A DNA stretch of 53,862 bases from an uncultured Candidatus Saccharibacteria bacterium (lineage in GTDB: Bacteria > Patescibacteriota > Saccharimonadia > CAILAD01 > GCA-016700035). Numbering within the stretch: position 1 is the first letter of the stretch; each line of letters starts with the position of its first letter. Of the stretch, positions 8,027-16,813 are shown piece after piece. The stretch spans positions 1 to 53,862 of the forward strand of contig CAYSMD010000002.1 in the NCBI GenBank assembly GCA_964432055.1. The letters are read 5' to 3'. The notes under the pieces are model-generated. The model ran no database searches. It saw only the letters and a program-made list of their open reading frames with translations, and was not told the origin of the DNA. The position numbers and the translations under genes were made by a program.

Positions 8027-9187
8027 ATGGTTATAAAGGGCCGTAGGTCAGGAGCTGTACGTATTGGTCGTTTGATTTCACGTCACCGATGGTGGATTAT
8101 CGGTATCGCTCTCCTCATTGCAGGAGTGCTTTTCCTTATTCCTGATCGAGCAAACCCGTTTGCAAAAAGTAGCCCCGGCACCGAGTGGACCGTCGTGGTG
8201 GTTGCCGGGCAATCAAATGCCGAAGGCAGCAACTCATTTGTCTCAAACATGCCAAATGGCGAGAAGCTTGGTGATCACCCGGCTGATGACGCCTCATATA
8301 TATGGTGGCGCGCAGCCGACGGCGCCGGCCCCTCTGATGCAACTGCTTTCTTTCAGGCCCTGACGAATCCTGGCTACAATCCGGCTGGCTGGATTAGCTC
8401 TGAAAGCACTGATCCAAATATGGAAGGACTCGTCAAAATCAGCGACCTTGATCAACCGGCACCAGTTGGTCAAAAAGGACTGTTTGGCCCCGAAGTTGGC
8501 ATCGTTCGCGAACTTTATGATCAGGGCAGGAGAAACATCATCGTACTCAAGGTTTCGTATGGCTTCCAGGCTTTAGCTCTAGCAAATAGTCAATTTGTCC
8601 CGTACGACTGGTATCCAGATATTCCCGGCCAGCCACAGCGCAATAAATCCTACACGAATCTCACACAAGCTTATGGAGAATTGAAAAACTTCATCGCTAG
8701 TCGCGGAGACACACATAAAGTCTCTGGGATATTCTGGCTGCAAGGTGAAACAGATACCCTTGATTCTGGCTACACTGCAGCTTATGAGACCAATCTTGAC
8801 CTACTCGTCAATCGTCTCAAGACTGATCTCGAACTCGCACCGGGTGGCCATGTGGTATTACGTAAGTTTAATTTCCGTAACTGTCTCGATAATGCCTACC
8901 CAGCGGTAGGTAACTACTGCGGCTTTGGCTATGCGCTCGGGCTTGAGAATGCTTCGATCAATTCGATCCTGAACTTCATTACGATCAACGCGATCCAGTC
9001 TATTCCTTTGAACGCGAGTCGTGTGCGCACCGTACGCGAATCTATCCAAGATATTGCTGATAAATATGACTGGGTCGATGCTGTTGAGACAGATGATCGA
9101 CAATTCGGTAATGATTTTATCCACCTAAGCGAGCGTGGACAGCTTGATGTTGGCCGTCGAATGGTTCAAATGTATGAGGTACCCTAA
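8027..9187 (+). CDS. membrane-anchored SGNH/DUF303 (sialate O-acetylesterase-like) carbohydrate esterase
   Basis: N-terminal TM helix. VVVVAGQSNAEGSN (GQSN block), FWLQGETD and NDFIHLSERGQ match the DUF303/CE6-like catalytic blocks as I recall them. Confidence 0.75.
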   Translation: MVIKGRRSGAVRIGRLISRHRWWIIGIALLIAGVLFLIPDRANPFAKSSPGTEWTVVVVAGQSNAEGSNSFVSNMPNGEKLGDHPADDASYIWWRAADGAGPSDATAFFQALTNPGYNPAGWISSESTDPNMEGLVKISDLDQPAPVGQKGLFGPEVGIVRELYDQGRRNIIVLKVSYGFQALALANSQFVPYDWYPDIPGQPQRNKSYTNLTQAYGELKNFIASRGDTHKVSGIFWLQGETDTLDSGYTAAYETNLDLLVNRLKTDLELAPGGHVVLRKFNFRNCLDNAYPAVGNYCGFGYALGLENASINSILNFITINAIQSIPLNASRVRTVRESIQDIADKYDWVDAVETDDRQFGNDFIHLSERGQLDVGRRMVQMYEVP

Positions 9188-12100
9188 TGCAACCAGTTAG
9201 TCAGAAAATTTCCCCACTCGCGCGCGTCAAAGCGTTCTTTCATAACTTAGTACGTATCATCGCGGTACAGCCTAAGGGCTTGCTGGTAGTTGGCGTGCTA
9301 TTGGCTGTGGTGGCCGCATTCGTACTGGGCGCACTACAACTCTCAGACTTTTCTCTGAAGCCCAAGAAGACGACTGTTGCTGCGGTAAGTCCAATTATCT
9401 CTGTGAAAGACGAAACTGGTGTGGCTGAGCAGACAGTCCCAGCGGACACGCTGAAGTGGCAGAAACAGATCGAGCTCACTCCGGCTACAGCTGAGGCCAC
9501 AGCGGAAGTTTTTGAGAAAATTCTTCCCGGCCAAGACTATAAGGTAGGCAGCCTGCAGCTCCCGCCGGGCTGGAAGGCCCAGTGGTCGACGAGCCAGGTG
9601 AGCGACCCGGCACAGGCGACCTACAGTGATACGGAGCCAGGCAGTGGCGTGACATTCGTTCGCATCTACACCGATAAAGTCACGACGACGCAGCCAGTTT
9701 CGCAGGCTGGTCTCACGCAGCCACTCGATCAGTCGGCGATTGCCAGTCCCTCCGGCGCGCTGACCGTAGCGGCAGTGGAGTTTAATGATAAAGTATTCAC
9801 GATTTATCGATCGGTGGACGTGTCTGACGGCGTCAATGACAGTCAGAATATGACAATTGGCTGTCTGGATCTCACGACGTATGAAACGTGTACGGGCGCT
9901 GGTGTGACGTATCCGACGTATATGTCCTCGAGCTCAGGTACTTTACTGGGAGAGGCTGGCTCACCGAAGGACATTAGCACGCCGATGGCTCTCAAGTATG
10001 CCCTTGACGATGGTGCGTATGGCAATGAAGGCAGGCTCTACATTCCGGCCCAAAAAGCCAATGAATATGGAGTTAACTGCGTAGACTTGGCGACCGAACA
10101 AAACTGCGGCTTTACGGCTTTTGGTAGCTCAGCGGCACCAAATCAAAGTACTGACCGAAATCCGTCTCGCATTACTGGCTTCGCACAGAGCGGCAGCAAG
10201 CTCTATGGTCATGCCACGACCAACGACGGCGATGGCGTCGTGAATGACGACTATATGCAGATCACATGCTTTGACATGCAGACCGACGCCCAGTGTGCTG
10301 GTTATACCGGTGCAGTAAACTCAGTAATCCCAAGTTATTACATTAATGAACACTACAATGAGTTCTACACACCCGGCCAGAACATCATTGAGGGTGATAA
10401 GTATTATTTTCTCTTAAACTATGATCAAGGCAACCAGTGGATCAACAACTTGCAGGGACAAAATTACACGCAGACTTTGTTCGGCAACCGGCTTGTCTGC
10501 TACGACGTGTCGACACAGGCGACGTGTACGGGCTGGCCGACAGCCAATCCAGAATACCGGGCGTGCGTCTGGGAAGTTGGCTACTATGGGTTCCAATGCT
10601 ATCAAAGGCAGCAAACTGTATATGGTTCGTTTATCTCGGAAGATATCGCGCAGGCGATCGCCCCAAATCAGCTCTTTTTAGCCAAGGATAATCAAGGCAA
10701 TACGACTGCTATCTGTGTCGTAGCCGGGCTCTATAATGGTGTTGACCCTGGGGTAATCTGTCGAGACAAATCGACTGGTGCCCCACTGCAAGGCGCCGTA
10801 CCCCCGGGCTTCATGCCTCTTCAGTGGCTCAATATTCCTTGGAGTCCTGGCTTCGCCTCAACCCAGCTCACGGACAATAGCACGAATACCGACCGCATTT
10901 ATTCATCCTTCCGGCTTCCAGCCAACAGCATATGGGGTGGTAGGCAAAAGGCAGCGTTGGTGTGCTATGACTGGAAGACGCAAGCTCCATGTGACGGTTT
11001 TCGATACCCGCATTATTGGTACGAGATAGACCAAGCCGATAGTGCTGATGTTGGCTATTTTCAAGATCATAACTGCATGATTGGAGTGAGTGAATACAAT
11101 TATCTCTGGTCATTTGATCGCGACACTGGTGAAACCCCATGCCGCAAAACCACAAACCAAGTTGACATCAAGCCGGCTCTGAGTACGCCGAGTGCATTTT
11201 GTGATGGATTGTCGCGCAATAATCTTTCTTGGGCAAAACTGCAGCTCAACAGCGTAAATCTCTACGACTTTGAATACGTTGATATTACGATCAAGGGTAA
11301 GAATGGGGTGGTCGTAGGTAGCTTCAATGAGGTAAATATTAAGGATATTGAGAGTATCGACTTATCGGGGGTGCCGTACTCGGGTAACACAGACGAGCTG
11401 CAGGTAGAGGTGAAAACGACTGTATGGAATACAACTCCTTGGGCAGAGAATGCTGGGCCAAATGAGGATCAGCGCAACTTACCACTCGTTACGGTTGTTC
11501 TCAATGGAGACCCAGCTCAATACTGTTACCAGACCATCGTTGATGACCGCTGTAACATCGAGTCGGTGAGCACGCTGAGCGATATTACGATTACCAGCGA
11601 GGGAACTACGAATGAGCTGACTGAAAATACGAGTCAAGAGGTGTATCAGGAGCCTGCCGAAAAATGCGTGCGCAAGCTCAACCTCAGCTCTTCGGCGAAT
11701 AAATCGACTGTGACGGCGAATGAGTTAGTGACGTATACCGTGGATGTGGGTAATGAGGCGAATCCAGATCCGCAAAGCCTTGGGGATGTAGCTGATGCTA
11801 GAATTGAGACCACAATTCCTGGCGGAGCAACCTTGGAGTCCGCAACTGGCGGCTACACGGTAGAGGGAAATAAGATCATTTGGGCAAATGAAACCATTGA
11901 AGCTCTTGGCACTACACAGAAAACGATTACCGTACGCATCCCAACCTTAGCGAGTCGGTCACCCCTGCCGTGGCTGATTGGTCGAGCGGAAGCGGCCGGC
12001 CCACTCGCATTCCAAACGAGCGTATTTTACACAGACAGTACCGAAGCTCAGGCAACCACTACTAGTAGCGTAGTCGTAAACTATGTCGCCCCAAGCGCAC

Positions 12101-13635
12101 CACCGCCAACTAGTACGATTACTCCTAGCACAACACCAACGCCAAGCGAAACCCCGACCCCAAGCCCATCTGAATCACCATCTGAGTCGCCAAGTCCAGA
12201 AGCTAGTGTGAGCCAGTCAACTCCGCCAAGCAGTGGCCCGAGTGGTGGCTCCGGTGGTGGTGCAACTCGACGATCCGTACAGCCGGAAAATACTTCTTCA
12301 ACGTTCCTTTCCGAGATCCTGCCAGAATCAGTTGTCAGTCAAATCCGTCTGGTACCTGAAAATACAGCTCGTACTGTGCCGTTCGTACTGATCACGATCC
12401 TGTTCTTTATTGCGGTCTTCTATGCCCGCCAGGCATGGCTTGAGCTGCGCAATATGCAGCGGCTCGATGTGATCGTCAAGCGATACCAGGCTACACAAGA
12501 AGCCAATAAGAACTTCGTTGCACTCACGAGTCACTATCTCAACACACCGGTCAATATCTTGCAGGCCTCCACGGAGCTCCTCAAGAGCCAAAAGACCGTC
12601 AGCGAAGAAACTCTCTCCAAGCTCAAACTTGCCGTAGACAACTTAGCGCAGGACGTGAAAGATCTGGTCTCGGGTAGCCAGGAATTCAGCCAGCATGTCG
12701 CGCAAAGCAACGCAGAGGTTTCGAAGCTCAACATGGGGCGGCTCATGCGCAACTTGCATGTTTTGATTCCGATCGGTGTGGCGGCACTGACACTTGCGAT
12801 CGTGAACTTGCTCTTCACGCAAACAGATCGCTATGACCTCAGTGGGCTCATGCTCCTCGGCCAAAGCCTCGCGTTCATCCTCGCTATACTTGGTATAGTC
12901 GGTGCGTATCGCTCATATCTACGCAACCGCGCCACCAAAGACACGATTCAGCACCAAATTAAGCTCGAGGGAGACCTGCTCAAACGACGTGAAGAATTCA
13001 TCATCAAGAGCTACGACCAGCTGAACGCGGACTTTGGCTTCGTCCAGCAGTATGGTTCTGAAATTCCGGCAAAGAGTCCAAGTAAGAAGACGTTCGATAA
13101 CGGCCTGGCGATGCTCTCCGCGGTACTCAGTAAATTCCATGCCCTCATCAACTTCTCCAAGCCGCTCGAGAAGCTCCCAGCCGCCATATCGGTAGCGCCG
13201 GCGTTCGAAAAAGCCTTGCGAGATCTCAAGCCGCAGATTGATGCGAAGCAGCTGACGGTAAAGAATAACATTCCAGCGAACCTAACTGTCTCACTCACGA
13301 CCGACGCACTCACACAGCTCACGATGTCGGTAATTGATAACGCAGTGAAGTTCAGTAAGCAAAATGGCTCGATCCAGATTAGTACCTCGCAGCGATCTGG
13401 CAAAATCATGCTGCATATCAAAGATGATGGTATAGGGATCCCTAAGGCTAAGCTTGACCAGCTGATGACACCATTCTCGCGAGCCACTGATGTCCTGAAA
13501 TTTGACTACGAGGGAATTGGCCTGAATCTCTACCTCAATAAAGTGGTCACAGAGCAGTATGGTGGATCAATCAAGCTTCGCTCGAATCAGGGTAAGGGTA
13601 CTGAAGTAACCATCACGCTACCAGCACATCAGTAG
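9187..13635 (+). CDS. giant (1482 aa) surface protein fused to a histidine-kinase core
   Basis: The ATG overlaps the upstream stop (TAATG). Layout: N-terminal TM, paired-Cys repeats (aa 226-652), an Ig/DUF11-like segment, a P/S/T linker, a TM helix, H-box FVALTSHYLNTPV, two more TM helices, then HATPase_c (DNAVKFS, DDGIGI, GIGLNLY, GKGTEVTI). Confidence 0.85.
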   Translation: MQPVSQKISPLARVKAFFHNLVRIIAVQPKGLLVVGVLLAVVAAFVLGALQLSDFSLKPKKTTVAAVSPIISVKDETGVAEQTVPADTLKWQKQIELTPATAEATAEVFEKILPGQDYKVGSLQLPPGWKAQWSTSQVSDPAQATYSDTEPGSGVTFVRIYTDKVTTTQPVSQAGLTQPLDQSAIASPSGALTVAAVEFNDKVFTIYRSVDVSDGVNDSQNMTIGCLDLTTYETCTGAGVTYPTYMSSSSGTLLGEAGSPKDISTPMALKYALDDGAYGNEGRLYIPAQKANEYGVNCVDLATEQNCGFTAFGSSAAPNQSTDRNPSRITGFAQSGSKLYGHATTNDGDGVVNDDYMQITCFDMQTDAQCAGYTGAVNSVIPSYYINEHYNEFYTPGQNIIEGDKYYFLLNYDQGNQWINNLQGQNYTQTLFGNRLVCYDVSTQATCTGWPTANPEYRACVWEVGYYGFQCYQRQQTVYGSFISEDIAQAIAPNQLFLAKDNQGNTTAICVVAGLYNGVDPGVICRDKSTGAPLQGAVPPGFMPLQWLNIPWSPGFASTQLTDNSTNTDRIYSSFRLPANSIWGGRQKAALVCYDWKTQAPCDGFRYPHYWYEIDQADSADVGYFQDHNCMIGVSEYNYLWSFDRDTGETPCRKTTNQVDIKPALSTPSAFCDGLSRNNLSWAKLQLNSVNLYDFEYVDITIKGKNGVVVGSFNEVNIKDIESIDLSGVPYSGNTDELQVEVKTTVWNTTPWAENAGPNEDQRNLPLVTVVLNGDPAQYCYQTIVDDRCNIESVSTLSDITITSEGTTNELTENTSQEVYQEPAEKCVRKLNLSSSANKSTVTANELVTYTVDVGNEANPDPQSLGDVADARIETTIPGGATLESATGGYTVEGNKIIWANETIEALGTTQKTITVRIPTLASRSPLPWLIGRAEAAGPLAFQTSVFYTDSTEAQATTTSSVVVNYVAPSAPPPTSTITPSTTPTPSETPTPSPSESPSESPSPEASVSQSTPPSSGPSGGSGGGATRRSVQPENTSSTFLSEILPESVVSQIRLVPENTARTVPFVLITILFFIAVFYARQAWLELRNMQRLDVIVKRYQATQEANKNFVALTSHYLNTPVNILQASTELLKSQKTVSEETLSKLKLAVDNLAQDVKDLVSGSQEFSQHVAQSNAEVSKLNMGRLMRNLHVLIPIGVAALTLAIVNLLFTQTDRYDLSGLMLLGQSLAFILAILGIVGAYRSYLRNRATKDTIQHQIKLEGDLLKRREEFIIKSYDQLNADFGFVQQYGSEIPAKSPSKKTFDNGLAMLSAVLSKFHALINFSKPLEKLPAAISVAPAFEKALRDLKPQIDAKQLTVKNNIPANLTVSLTTDALTQLTMSVIDNAVKFSKQNGSIQISTSQRSGKIMLHIKDDGIGIPKAKLDQLMTPFSRATDVLKFDYEGIGLNLYLNKVVTEQYGGSIKLRSNQGKGTEVTITLPAHQ

Positions 13636-13641
13636 AATACT

Positions 13642-14301
13642 CTAAACGTCAGTTAGTTCACGCAGCTTTGAGAGGTTAATCTCGAAGCCAGATTGACGAT
13701 TTCGAAAGAGGCCATTGCGAGCTGGCTTCAACACACCAGCCTTGGTGAGCTGGCGTATCTGAACTGTCATAGTCTCACGAGTAGTGCCAACCATGCTGGC
13801 GAGCTGGGCGTGCGACAGTGGGAAGGGAAGCGTGATAATGCCTTCACTTGTTTCGGTGCCAAAGCGCTGCACAAGCAGAGCAAGGTAGTTGACCAGCTTC
13901 ATATCGGCCTTAGCCTGGAGGATGTTGTCGAGTGTCTGCGCTAATTCGTCATTACGCGTCATGACATAGCGCACCAGGTCAATCAGGGCAGGGGGATTAC
14001 CGGTGATGAGTTTTTCGAGCTGGTCGGCCGATACCACCTGAACTTTTCCATCGGTCATTGCTTCGTAATAGTAGCGGTGAGTAGCCTCTTGGAAGAGGGC
14101 AGCTTCAAGATTCATGACATCACCAGGACCCAGAATAGCGATGAGTTTCTCGTCGCCATCGTCGGCAATCGTGTACGTTTTAATAAACCCATCCGTCAGG
14201 TAGTAGACTTCGGCTCCAACTTCATCTTGATGAAGTAAGACATCACCCTTTGTAAAGGCTTCGGCTTTGTACTGCATAAAGAACTTCCTGAGCTGTTTCA
14301 T
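13642..14301 (-). CDS. Crp/Fnr-family transcriptional regulator
   Basis: A cNMP-binding-like beta-roll (FTKGDVLLHQDEVGAEVYYLTDGFIK) with a C-terminal HTH (SHAQLASMVGTTRETMTVQIRQL). Start chosen at MKQLRKFF. Confidence 0.85.
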   Translation of the reverse strand: MKQLRKFFMQYKAEAFTKGDVLLHQDEVGAEVYYLTDGFIKTYTIADDGDEKLIAILGPGDVMNLEAALFQEATHRYYYEAMTDGKVQVVSADQLEKLITGNPPALIDLVRYVMTRNDELAQTLDNILQAKADMKLVNYLALLVQRFGTETSEGIITLPFPLSHAQLASMVGTTRETMTVQIRQLTKAGVLKPARNGLFRNRQSGFEINLSKLRELTDV

Positions 14302-14361
14302 ACGTATAAGTATAGCAAGTCGGGTAGCATGGCACGAAAGAAAGCCGTACAATAAGAGTCT

Positions 14362-16149
14362 ATGCGTGACATTTGGAAAATTATTCGATACTCTTCAGAG
14401 CTCCGTCTTTACTACATTGCAATCGCTATCTTCGTCGTCATTTTGGCACTTCTGAACCTGGTAATCCCTTTTCTTACTAAGCAACTTGTCGATCTCATTA
14501 CTGCGCAGAGCAATGGGCAGACAGTCAATTTCCAGGATGCGCTCTTGCCACTGAGCCTCATGCTCGTTGCCGGTATTATCACCGCCGGGCTTTCAAATAT
14601 TAATGGCTATCTGGGTGACCGCATGAGCGTGAAGCTCAATAGCTTGCTCAGTCAACGCTACTACCAGCACCTCATGCGCTTGCCGATCGCCTACTATGAC
14701 TCCGAGCAGACCGGTAAGATTACTTCTCGACTCGAGCGATCAATCTCGAGCCTTTCACAGCTCATGAATGCGCTTGCGAATAACTTTGTACAGTTTTTCC
14801 TAACAACACTTATTACGCTCATTGCGATTGCGATTTATTCATGGCCTGTGGCACTGCTGCTCACGGTGATTTTCCCGACCTATATCTGGATCACTCATCT
14901 CTCGAGTAAGGCCTGGCAGAAGAAGCAGGGGAAGATCAATCAGACTCTTGATACAGCCAACGGTCGGTTTGTAGAGTCAATAGGTCAGATTCGGGTTGTC
15001 AAATCATTTGTTCGTGAAGAGGGTGAGCTGGCCGACTTTCGCAAACGTCGCAAACGGATAGAGGATGTCTCGCGAGATCAGTCGGTGGAGTGGCATAAAT
15101 ACGATGCAGTCCGTCGTCTTGTGCTTGGCGTTGTGTTCTTCGCGATCTTCGCCGTGATTGTCTGGCAGGCCCTCCAGGGGATGTATAGCGTTGGTACCGC
15201 CGTACTGCTCATCACGCTCGCGAACCAGGCGCAATTCCCGCTGTTTGGCACGAGCTTTATCATCGAGGGCATCCAGCGCGCTCAGGCAGATAGCCATGAT
15301 TACTTTAAGATCATGGAAAAGGAGCCAACCATCGTAGATGTGGAGGGTGCTCGCTCGCTGAAGATCAAGGGCGGAGAGGTGCACTTCTCACACGTGACCT
15401 TTGGCTATGAGAACGGCGGCACTGTGTTAAGTGACGTAAGCTTCACCATACCAGCACATAGCAAGGTCGCTCTAGTTGGTGAGTCGGGTGAAGGAAAGTC
15501 GACAATTGCAAATCTGATCGTGCGCTTCTATGAAGCAACCGGCGGCATGATTACGATCGATGATACGCCAATTAGCACCGTTACTCAGAAGTCGCTCCGG
15601 CAGAATATTGGTATCGTATTTCAGGATCCGGCACTGTTTTCAGGGACGATCGAAGATAATATCGCGTATGGGATCGGCCGCAAATACACGCAAAAAGAGC
15701 TCCAAACCGCAGCGAAGATGGCAAACGCAGCCGACTTTATCGCCAGGCTGTCCAAGGGCTATGCCACTGAAGTAGGTGAGCGCGGCGTGAAGCTTTCGGG
15801 AGGCCAGAAACAGCGAATTATCATTGCCCGGGCTCTTTTGAAGAACCCGCCAATTCTCATCCTGGACGAAGCCACAAGCTCACTTGACGCAAAGGCCGAG
15901 TCGCAGGTACAGGAGGCCTTAGAGCGCCTCATGAAGGGTCGTACGACGATCATTATCGCGCACCGACTCTCGACGATTGCGCATGTTGACCAGATCATTG
16001 GAATTCGCGGTGGCAATGTTGCAGAACAGGGAACGCCTGATGAGCTCGCCACAAAGCGGGGCGGCATCTATGCCGAGCTTTTACAGTTACAGACTGCATC
16101 AGCACCGACCGCCAAGAAGAAACTCAAAGAATTTGATATCTCGGCGTAG
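14362..16149 (+). CDS. ABC exporter, fused permease/ATPase (MsbA/multidrug type)
   Basis: Six-TM domain followed by GESGEGKST (Walker A), LSGGQKQR (signature), ILILDEATSSLD (Walker B) and the H-loop IAHRLST. Confidence 0.95.
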   Translation: MRDIWKIIRYSSELRLYYIAIAIFVVILALLNLVIPFLTKQLVDLITAQSNGQTVNFQDALLPLSLMLVAGIITAGLSNINGYLGDRMSVKLNSLLSQRYYQHLMRLPIAYYDSEQTGKITSRLERSISSLSQLMNALANNFVQFFLTTLITLIAIAIYSWPVALLLTVIFPTYIWITHLSSKAWQKKQGKINQTLDTANGRFVESIGQIRVVKSFVREEGELADFRKRRKRIEDVSRDQSVEWHKYDAVRRLVLGVVFFAIFAVIVWQALQGMYSVGTAVLLITLANQAQFPLFGTSFIIEGIQRAQADSHDYFKIMEKEPTIVDVEGARSLKIKGGEVHFSHVTFGYENGGTVLSDVSFTIPAHSKVALVGESGEGKSTIANLIVRFYEATGGMITIDDTPISTVTQKSLRQNIGIVFQDPALFSGTIEDNIAYGIGRKYTQKELQTAAKMANAADFIARLSKGYATEVGERGVKLSGGQKQRIIIARALLKNPPILILDEATSSLDAKAESQVQEALERLMKGRTTIIIAHRLSTIAHVDQIIGIRGGNVAEQGTPDELATKRGGIYAELLQLQTASAPTAKKKLKEFDISA

Positions 16150-16244
16150 CGCCCTTCACGCATAAGCACTTTGCATTGCTTAGTAGAACGCCTTACAATA
16201 ACAGCAGTTCGAACAATATTCATTAGAGGAGTTATCATACAGCT

Positions 16245-16745
16245 ATGGCAGCTAAATCAAAGTCAACATCGGCAAAGTCAACAGATCTGATCGCGCAATT
16301 GGAGCCGTATTTCACCAAGCAAGCGCCATTTCAAATCCCAGCAAATGGCCGTAAGCTCATCGTCCAGTTTTTGCCTTGGGTCACCTTAATTGTCGGAGTT
16401 CTAGCCGTCCTTGGTCTCCTCAGTTTGCTTGCGCTACTAACTGGACTCAGCGCATTAACCATGGGGGCAGTTGGCGTAGTTGCGGCAGTTAGCCCAATGC
16501 TGTGGCTGCCAGTCATTGCACTTGGTGCTCAAGCAGTTGTTAGCTTCATGGCATTTCCACTGCTGCAAAAACGTTCACTCCGCGGCTGGACACTGCTCTT
16601 CTGGGTAGATGTAATCTACTTTGCATACAACGTTCTGAATGCTATCGCACAGCCTAGCTATATTGTGGGTAGCTTACTCGGAGCGGTACTTGGCATAGTG
16701 ATTGGTCTATATGTTCTATTCCAAGTGAAGACTTACTATAAGTAG
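16245..16745 (+). CDS. polytopic membrane protein, unknown function
   Basis: Four or more hydrophobic helices. A good terminator follows. Confidence 0.6.
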   Translation: MAAKSKSTSAKSTDLIAQLEPYFTKQAPFQIPANGRKLIVQFLPWVTLIVGVLAVLGLLSLLALLTGLSALTMGAVGVVAAVSPMLWLPVIALGAQAVVSFMAFPLLQKRSLRGWTLLFWVDVIYFAYNVLNAIAQPSYIVGSLLGAVLGIVIGLYVLFQVKTYYK

Positions 16746-16766
16746 TACATAAGGAAGTGTTAAGCG

Positions 16767-16797
16767 AAATGCCTCGTGACAGCGGGGCATTTTGGTG
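16767..16797 (+). terminator. intrinsic terminator
   Basis: AAATGCCTC-gtgacagc-GGGGCATTT (9-bp stem including one G-U) is followed by TGGTGTT; the stem's TTT plus this tail gives a TTTTGGTGTT run. Confidence 0.6.
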
Positions 16798-16813
16798 TTA
16801 GGATAATGCGGTT

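Noticed and set aside
12088-12267. Repetitive-looking nucleotide stretch (CCAAG/CCATC/GAATCACCA units) inside the giant ORF
   Set aside because: It encodes the in-frame Pro/Ser/Thr/Glu linker (PTPSETPTPSPSESPSESPSPE). This is a low-complexity coding repeat, not a CRISPR array or a non-coding tandem repeat.
13011-13487. 158-aa minus-strand ORF. Similar antisense ORFs lie at 4309-4761, 15004-15384, 25010-25483, 26599-27048, 30707-31132 and 3318-3674.
   Set aside because: All are embedded antisense in genes with strong family signatures. They are typical shadow ORFs of ~50% GC DNA.
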